In this document: piece after piece, positions 58,697 through 64,000 of the stretch
How positions within the stretch are numbered: position 1 is the first letter of the stretch
Layout of the letters: every line of letters begins with the position of its first letter
Assembly: GCA_963829055.1 (NCBI GenBank)
Contig: CAWHHI010000003.1
Location: forward strand, 32,001 to 96,000
Length of the DNA stretch: 64,000 nucleotides
DNA from: an uncultured Gemmatimonadaceae bacterium
GTDB lineage: Bacteria; Gemmatimonadota; Gemmatimonadetes; Gemmatimonadales; Gemmatimonadaceae
Direction of reading: 5' to 3'
Notes under the pieces: model-generated
What the model saw: only the letters and a program-made list of their open reading frames with translations
What the model was told of the DNA's origin: nothing
Database searches by the model: none
Position numbers and translations under genes: made by a program

Positions 58697-60017
58697 TCAC
58701 TCAGGCTTGAATGCGACCGTCTTGTCCAGGCCGTCGCCGCCGCGGTGCTGCGCGTGGACGAACAACGCGTTGCTGTTCAGGTCGAAGTAGATGCCCGTCG
58801 GCTCCGCGCTGCAGTCCGTGAGTGATGCGAATCGCACGACGCTCGCCGCTGGCTGGTGCGGCTGGCCGGTTGGTGGGGTTGCGACCCAGAATGTCGTCAC
58901 CACGCTTCGTCGATGACGCGGTGCCGGGATCCTCGGTGATGTACAGGTTGCCGGAACGATCGAGCGCGAGATTGTCCGGCATCTCGAAGTCGCCCTGCAC
59001 TGCGTTCACGCCCCACTTCACGTAGTCGTACACGAACGCGGTGGCGTGCGCGCTGCCGCCCTTCGGCTCGCGCAGATCGATGGCGATGACGCGATTGTCG
59101 GCCGGGTTCGACGGACCGGTCAGTGCGACGTAGAGGACGTTCGCTCCACCGCGGTTATTGCCGGTGGAGGTTGCGAGCTCCACATCCTCGGGCCGGTTGT
59201 AACCCGTCGCGCCAGCAGCCAGCGCGGCCGCGTTCGCGTCAACCTGCACCGCCGTCCGATCGAGCGGGATCCATTCGGCGTCGCCTACGCGATCGCCCGT
59301 CGGGTTCGTGATCTCGAGCGCGTACAGCTGGCCGCTCGAGAGATCGCCGCGCGAGTCCGGAACGAAGCGGAAGATGAATCCGGGGTTCGTCTCGCTGATG
59401 CCGTAGACGTTGCCCTGGGGATCGATGCGCATGCCTTCGTGTGACTTGATACCGAGTGCCGGGCGCGCGTTGAGCTCGCTGGTGGACGGGTTCAACTCCC
59501 ACACCTTGCCGGCGGCGCGCTCTTCCGCGATGAGCAGCGTTCCCCATGGCGTCCAGGCGATGCCGTCGAGCGAGCCCCAGTCATTGCGTTGCACGAGCAT
59601 CTTCGTCGTCCCGGTCACGAGGTCCGTCACGCTGACACCGGTGTTCGTGTTGAGGCCGAGCTCGTGTGTCTGGTAGATGAAGCGGCCCGCTTCAGGTCCC
59701 GTTTCGTTCTGCGTGATCATGTCGGGATTGCCCATGTAGTCGGGCTCCGACGCGATGTTCGCCTGCGTGAAGCCGGCGGGAATCGTGAACAGCGCGTTCA
59801 CGTTTCCGCCGGTGGTGCACGCGGCGGACGATGCGAGTGGCGAGAACTGGAACGCGCCGGTGGTGGCGGAGCCGGCCTTGGCGAACGTAGCAGTGCGCGC
59901 GGCGATCGGCGCCGTGGCCGCGTCGTCGGCACAACCGGCGAGTGTCATCACGGCGAGCGCCGACAGCGCGAGCGCGGTGGACTGCATTTTCGTGGAGATC
60001 GGGAACATCGGGAACAT
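58697..60017 (-). CDS. PhoX-family (DUF839) alkaline phosphatase-like lipoprotein; frameshift at ~58890
   Basis: LAGC lipobox; WTPWGTLLIAEE, HEG, RPED, PDNL, EPTGIYF, HAQH. Confidence 0.75.
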
Positions 60018-60332
60018 GAAGTCTCCGGGCGGGGTGGTCGATCCGAGACCGGTATCGGCATCGCGCTACCGGCTCGCGTGAGCGGGGAACATCCACTCGT
60101 TAGGCCACGGTTCTGGCAGCGTTGCGTCGCGACTGTGTCAAGAACCGGTTTCGAACGTGACCGTGCGTGACCGCGGCAGTGGTTGGACATCACGCCCGTC
60201 TGGCGCCGGGACTCCTTCCACGCCCTTCACCGTGCCAGCGAGGTCCTTGGCCGCTCGCGCGCACGTGACGGCACGGGCATTGATGCCAATGGCCTTTCGT
60301 CGCACGCCTCAGCTTCTCCAGCTCCCCGTCGT

Positions 60333-61466
60333 ATGGACTCCCCAACCCGCCAACCTCCCGCATCGCTCGGCGCCACTACGGCTTACGCCGCGATAACAGC
60401 AGCCGGGGGCGCCGTACCCGCGGGACGCGCATCGGTTCGGGTCCTCATCGCCTCGGTCATCGCGATGGTCATCGTCGCCGCTGGCGTAGCGATAGATCTG
60501 TCGTCGCGGCCCGCGCTCGCCGCCTCGCCGCTGCGCACGACCGCACGCGCGTCACGGCACGTGTCGGTCGACACGCTGCCGCGCACCTGGATCGAGATGA
60601 AGAACGTCGACCTCCGCATCGCGACCGACGCTGTCGTCGGAATTCGTCAGCTCCGCGGCGAGGTCATTCCCGCGGAACGCGGCAGCAGCGCGATCCTCGA
60701 CAGCACCAGCTCGTTCGCGATACGCATCACGTCAGGCACGGTGGCGATCCAGAGCGCGGACCTGAGCGTGATTCTCAACAAGTTCGTGTTCGGCTACAAA
60801 GGCTCGCCGCTCAAGCATCTGCACGTTCGCATGGCCGGCGCGCAGATGGTGCAGTCGGGGGTCATGCACAAAGGAGTCGACATCAAGTTCGAGATCACGT
60901 CGTCGCTCTCGCTCACGGACAGTGGCTTCATTCGCCTGCACCCGACGAAGGTGCGTGTGTTAGGCGTGAACGGGGAGTCGCTGCTGCACGCGCTGGGAAT
61001 GAAGCTGGATGACCTGCTCGATCTGAGCGGGTCGAAAGCGGCCCGGGTGAAGGGCGACGAGATCTTCCTGGACCCGACGAAGATCCTGCCACCGCCGGCA
61101 ATCGATGGACGCCTAACGTCTGTCCGCGTCGAGGGAGACGCTCTGGTGCAGGAGTTCGCGCGGCTGCCTGACGATTCGTTGTTCACAGGCTATGCGCGCC
61201 CCGACTCGACGGCGCCGAACTACCTGTTCTTCCGTGGGGGCCGCCTGCGATTCGGACGCCTCGAGATGCGTGACACGCAGCTGCAGATCCTCGATCTCGA
61301 CCCGTCCGACCCGTTCGACCTCTATCTGGCCGAGTACAACAAGCAGCTGGTGGCGGGCTATTCGCGAAATCGGCCGAATCTCTCACTGCAGGCGTTCTTT
61401 CCCGATTTCCCGGATATCGGTCGTGGGGTAACGCCACCCATCGCGAGACTGCCTAACGTGCCGTGA
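60333..61466 (+). CDS. Hypothetical membrane-anchored protein
   Basis: Long ORF with GC-type codon usage and an N-terminal hydrophobic segment VLIASVIAMVIVAAGVAI; start uncertain. Confidence 0.65.
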   Translation: MDSPTRQPPASLGATTAYAAITAAGGAVPAGRASVRVLIASVIAMVIVAAGVAIDLSSRPALAASPLRTTARASRHVSVDTLPRTWIEMKNVDLRIATDAVVGIRQLRGEVIPAERGSSAILDSTSSFAIRITSGTVAIQSADLSVILNKFVFGYKGSPLKHLHVRMAGAQMVQSGVMHKGVDIKFEITSSLSLTDSGFIRLHPTKVRVLGVNGESLLHALGMKLDDLLDLSGSKAARVKGDEIFLDPTKILPPPAIDGRLTSVRVEGDALVQEFARLPDDSLFTGYARPDSTAPNYLFFRGGRLRFGRLEMRDTQLQILDLDPSDPFDLYLAEYNKQLVAGYSRNRPNLSLQAFFPDFPDIGRGVTPPIARLPNVP

Positions 61467-61826
61467 TCGATCGCGGTCATAACCTCCAGACGGACTGCTT
61501 CGACACGCCATCCAGAACGACGGTGTTTCCAGAAAAAGCCGGAAACAACTGAAACGGCCCGATCCGATCGCGACCGGGACAGATCGTGGCGCGGGGCCCG
61601 TTTGAAAGGGGACGGCCTAGGACACTGCGTCCCAGGCCGTCCCCTTCCATCACGGCTCGTGGAGTGCCGGCACGGACCGCGATCGGTTTCCGGCCGTTTC
61701 CGTTCACACCCTCGGTTCTGGATGCCTCCCAACAGCATCTCAGACGAAGGGTGAGCGGATGCTGCGGATCCAGCGGATTGGTTCCGTTGCGGCCGTGTCA
61801 TCCCGAGCGACGGCTCGGCCACCACA

Positions 61827-64000
61827 TCACTTCCGCGCCCCCAACTCGGCAGCACCGAGGCTCACCACGTCATCCGCCGCAGTGACCAGCGTTTCCAGCT
61901 GACGACTCAACCGCTTCAGGCGCGCGCGGACGACTGGATCCAATGTCGCAGTCGCCGTGTCCAAATCATGATCGGTCGCCATCGGCGACCCGCGCACGAC
62001 GTCGGCACCGCCGGCGACGGCGGTGAGCCGCGCGGCCGCCTCGTCGAGCCGCGTGGTCGTGCGCTCCGAGAATCGCTCGAGCACGTGCGCAGTCGAGGGG
62101 TCCACCGCATGACGACTCACCGCGAGCGCCGCCGTCGACACGGTGAAACGGCGCACGTACGTGAGGAACGTCATCACCGGCGCAAGCGCCCCGACGGAAC
62201 CACCGTGCTCCCCCAACAGCCGCTGGAACGATTCCTCGGCGTTGATGGCCGCCAACGCCGCCTGACGCCGACGCTCGCGCATGAGGTGGCCGGCCGCATC
62301 ACTCCGATCGGCGAAGATGCTGACGACCGTACGGAGGTAGTCGCGATTCGCCCGCAACGCGGCCGCCATGTACGACGGCAGCCGCGCCCATTCCGGAGCG
62401 GGCCACAGTAACCGCGCGCCTAACAACGCGAGCACGCCGCCGAGCAGCGTGTTGGTCACACGAACGCCCGCCAGGTGCCAGTCTCCCGCGCTCGCCTCCG
62501 CGAGCAGAACGAACGTCGGTGTGAGGAACGCCGAGAACGCGGTGTAGCTGATCGGGAGTACGGCGACGCTCACGGCCGCGAAGATGAACGACAACACGAG
62601 AATCGCGCGCACGTCGTGGAACAGCGCACCGAGTGCGGCCGTGAGAATGCCTCCGACGATCGTGCCGAGCACGCGCTGCATCGCCTTGACCGTCGTGACA
62701 CCGGTGTACGGCTGCAGGATGATGACCGCCGTGATGGTGACCCAGTAGCCGCGCGAGAGGTGAAGCGCGCCGGTCAGCCAGACCGCTCCGGCGGTCACGA
62801 TAGCCACACGTAGCGCATGACGCAGCACGAGCGAGTCGCGATCGAGCACGGAGCGCAGCGGCGCCATCAGCGCGACGGGCTCTACGAGCTCCTCGGCCTC
62901 GGGGATGACGACCGGCCACTCGGCGGTCGTGCCGTCGAGCGCCGCGACGTTCGCGGCAGCGACGCTGGCGAACTGCGCGATCCGATCGAGCAGCGCGGCG
63001 GCGTGCGCATACTGCGCCGTCACGTAGTTCGCTTCGCCGGTCCGGTCCAGACTTCCGCCGGTGTTCGCGGGCAGTGGCGTTAGGCTGGCCAGTAGGGGCG
63101 CCCCCGAAAACTGCACGGTCGAGGTGCCGGTCTGACGCTCCTCCTCCACACGGTCGGCCAGGCTCGCGGAGCACCCGGACCACATCACGGAGCGCGGTGA
63201 CGATGATGACACGGCGGTCGCGATCGCGTGCCGAGGGTGGGATCGCCTCGATGGATTCCACGAGCGCGATCAGGTTGCCGAACATCTGGTCGGCCGTCTC
63301 GCGCAGCACGATCAGGCGTTCGCCGCGCCCGCTTTCGCCCGATCGACCGCGTCGAATCGTGGCGAGCGTCGCGCGCGCGTGCTCCAGCGCCGCGCGAACG
63401 GTGAGGCTGCCGGCGGGCAGGTCATCATCGCCCAGGTGTTCGGACGCGAGCGCGTCGATGACGTGCGCCACGTGGTCGCGCAAGTTTCCGGAACGCGTCC
63501 GCGACGGCGAGCCGAGCCGGCCGATATGGGCGAATCGGCCAGAGGACGAGTGCGATCAGTGCGGCCCACACACCTCCAATGATCGTGTAACCGGAGCGAC
63601 CGAGCGCTTCGGCGAACGTCGCCGCCGGATAGGCGAGCGAGATGACGAACATGTTCAGCACGGACCCACCGACGATCGCGCCGTTGTTCCCCCATGCGCG
63701 CCCGAGCGAACAGACGAGCGCGACCGCAAATGTCAGCACGACCGCGGTCGTGAGGGTGTGCAATGCGCCCCCACCGACGAACACGGCAATGGCACCGAAC
63801 GCCGTGAGCGACGCGATGGTGACGGCGCGCGAATCGTAGGCGCCGCCTTTGTCGGCTAGCGCGCCACTGAATCCGGCGAGGCTCATCCACGTGCCACCGC
63901 TGAGGTGGAACACCTGCGCGACCAGGAGCGGTACGACGGTAGCGAGCGCGGCGCGAAATCCCGCCGCGTACGCTGGACGTGCCTTCGCCACAGCCGTCGC
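61827..64000 (-). CDS. FUSC/YccS-YhfK family membrane protein (frameshifted; 5' end near or beyond the window end)
   Basis: RHALRVA, RGYWVTITAVIILQP, QRVLGTIVG, RVTNTLLG, LLWP; N-terminal LWPIRPYRP. Confidence 0.82.

Overview
GC-rich (roughly 69% by eye) bacterial chromosomal window. The gene repertoire (PadR plus ADOP permease, VPS10-type propeller protein, carboxypeptidase-regulatory/TonB proteins, short RpoD paralog) suggests Gemmatimonadota; this assignment is inference. Many genes carry 1-nt indels, most likely uncorrected long-read errors. Contents: (1) 1-7.3 kb, a cluster for tetrahydromethanopterin/methanofuran-type C1 cofactor biosynthesis (HisA-like Orf17, fused MfnF-MfnE, MfnB, an SDR lacking the catalytic Tyr, PcbD, DHPS-like Orf20, DUF447, MptG). 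(2) A PKD lipoprotein, PAS/MarR genes, a Schlafen/AlbA_2-HATPase gene, amidohydrolases, APH(3'), PadR-ADOP, AlkA, a TPM protein and an acylase. (3) A LacI-regulated beta-glucan utilisation locus at 27-41.7 kb (TonB receptor, GH144-like, ABC transporter, uncharacterised F5/8-domain hydrolase, GH1, MalK). (4) Sigma-70 paralog, TPR, GWxTD-like, VPS10-like, DUF3108, GMC and PQQ dehydrogenases, PhoX, FUSC. The most striking unexplained signal is a non-palindromic motif, CCTAACR/YGTTAGG. It occurs about once per kb on both strands and inside genes forces rare codons in different reading frames. Several long fold-back intergenic elements and a GTCATYCCGAG palindromic repeat family are also present.
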